A stretch of DNA of 63,729 nucleotides, counting the filler, from Octopus bimaculoides (Eukaryota), in the NCBI RefSeq assembly GCF_001194135.2. It is 5 parts of 5 records of this genome, joined end to end, with 100 filler letters (N's around TTAATTAATTAA, not from the genome) between each part and the next. Parts side by side here need not be neighbours in the genome. Positions count along the whole stretch, not along the records: positions 56,590 to 63,729 come from NC_068985.1; 4 more parts are not named here. One strand, given 5' to 3'. The notes under the pieces were generated by a model. That model was given only the letters and a program-made list of their open reading frames with translations. It made no database searches and had not been told where the DNA came from. The translations under genes were made by a program, and so were the position numbers. The first letter of the stretch is position 1; each line of letters begins with the position of its first letter. Below are positions 62,891 through 63,729 of this stretch, piece by piece.

Positions 62891-63335
62891 GGGGCTGTGT
62901 GGTAAGAAGCTTGCTTCGCAACCACATGGTTCTAGGTTCAGTCCCTCTGCGTGGCACTTTGGGCAGGTATTCTACAGGAGCCTCCGAGTGACCGAAACCG
63001 TGTAAATGGATGAGTGGATTTAGTAGATGGAAACTGAATGAAAACCTTTGCATATATATATATATGTCTGTGTTCGTACATTTGTATGTATGTATGTATG
63101 TATATATGTATGTACGTATGCAAGGTGTGTAAATATGTGTGTGTATCTGTGTTTATTCCCGCCCGGCCATATTTATGTCCCCGTAACTTAGCAGTTTGGC
63201 ATAAAGGTCGATTGAATAAATACTAGACTTACAAAGAATAAGTCCTGAGGTCGAATTTTTCAACTAAAATATTTTAAGTGGGTGCCTCAGCATGCCCGCA
63301 GCCAAATTACTGAAACTGATTACAGAATAAAAGAA
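62891..63335 (+). mobile_element. SINE family 2, older full copy
   Basis: Head, internal (TA/TATG) tract and tail. Confidence 0.8.
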
Positions 63336-63479
63336 TTTAATAACTACATATATATATATGTACGTATGTATATATATATATATATATATATAATAAATAA
63401 AGTTGTGGAATACCGTACGAGTGGAAATATATATGAAAGAAAGTTTGAAAATGCACTTATTTTAAAAAAATATTTATTT

Positions 63480-63521
63480 ACTTAACCGGTTTCACTTTTT
63501 TAGAAAAAGATTATCAAAAGT
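63480..63521 (-). ncRNA. Hammerhead-like motif with U3-A8 core covariation
   Basis: ACUU-UUGAUAA-U-CUUUUU(CUA)AAAAAG-U-GAAA-CCGG-UU-AAGU. Stem I 4 bp, stem II 6 bp, palindromic stem III ACCGGU, U.U at the base of stem II. Confidence 0.5.
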
Positions 63522-63729
63522 CTTTGAGAATAATAAACAATGTTAAAAAACAGTCTGAGTATTAACATGCATATATACATTCTTTGATGATAAAATATAT
63601 TTAAAGTATAAAGCTTTGTATGAACTTTGTAGTGTTACATACTGATTGTCATATTAAGGTGAAATTGTTAAAAATAGTGTTAAAAACAGTGTATGAAAAT
63701 ACACATATGGAAAAATACATATACATATA

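Noticed and set aside
1-63729. CRISPR arrays, rRNA genes or prokaryotic operons
   Set aside because: No regularly spaced repeat-spacer array or rRNA-like sequence; the DNA is eukaryotic and intron-like.

Overview
AT-rich, microsatellite-dense animal genomic scaffold with ten N-gaps. The SINE repertoire and microsatellite load suggest an octopus or other coleoid cephalopod; this is inference from sequence style, not a database hit. There is one credible host coding exon: a + strand FAM167-family exon (ATG 30778, donor GTAAGT at 31435). Its downstream exon was not found, so the rest of the window is probably one long intron. Everything else is repeats: at least three tRNA-derived SINE families, LINE fragments (RTE- and CR1/L2-like), mariner remnants, a Tc1/mariner MITE, and simple repeats. 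The most notable signal is a set of about eight minimal type-I hammerhead-ribozyme-like motifs (stem I, CUGANGA, stem II, GAAA, palindromic stem III, UH) in otherwise unrelated contexts. These are a tRNA-Arg-like SINE (36.3 kb), both units of an old 414-bp tandem repeat resembling a non-LTR retrozyme (61.5-62.2 kb), both arms of a 365-bp inverted repeat resembling a Penelope-type terminus (18.2-18.5 kb), a U3-A8 core variant (63.5 kb), and solitary copies (44.9 and 53.2 kb). Most copies carry at least one likely disabling change. All structures were folded by eye and none has been tested.
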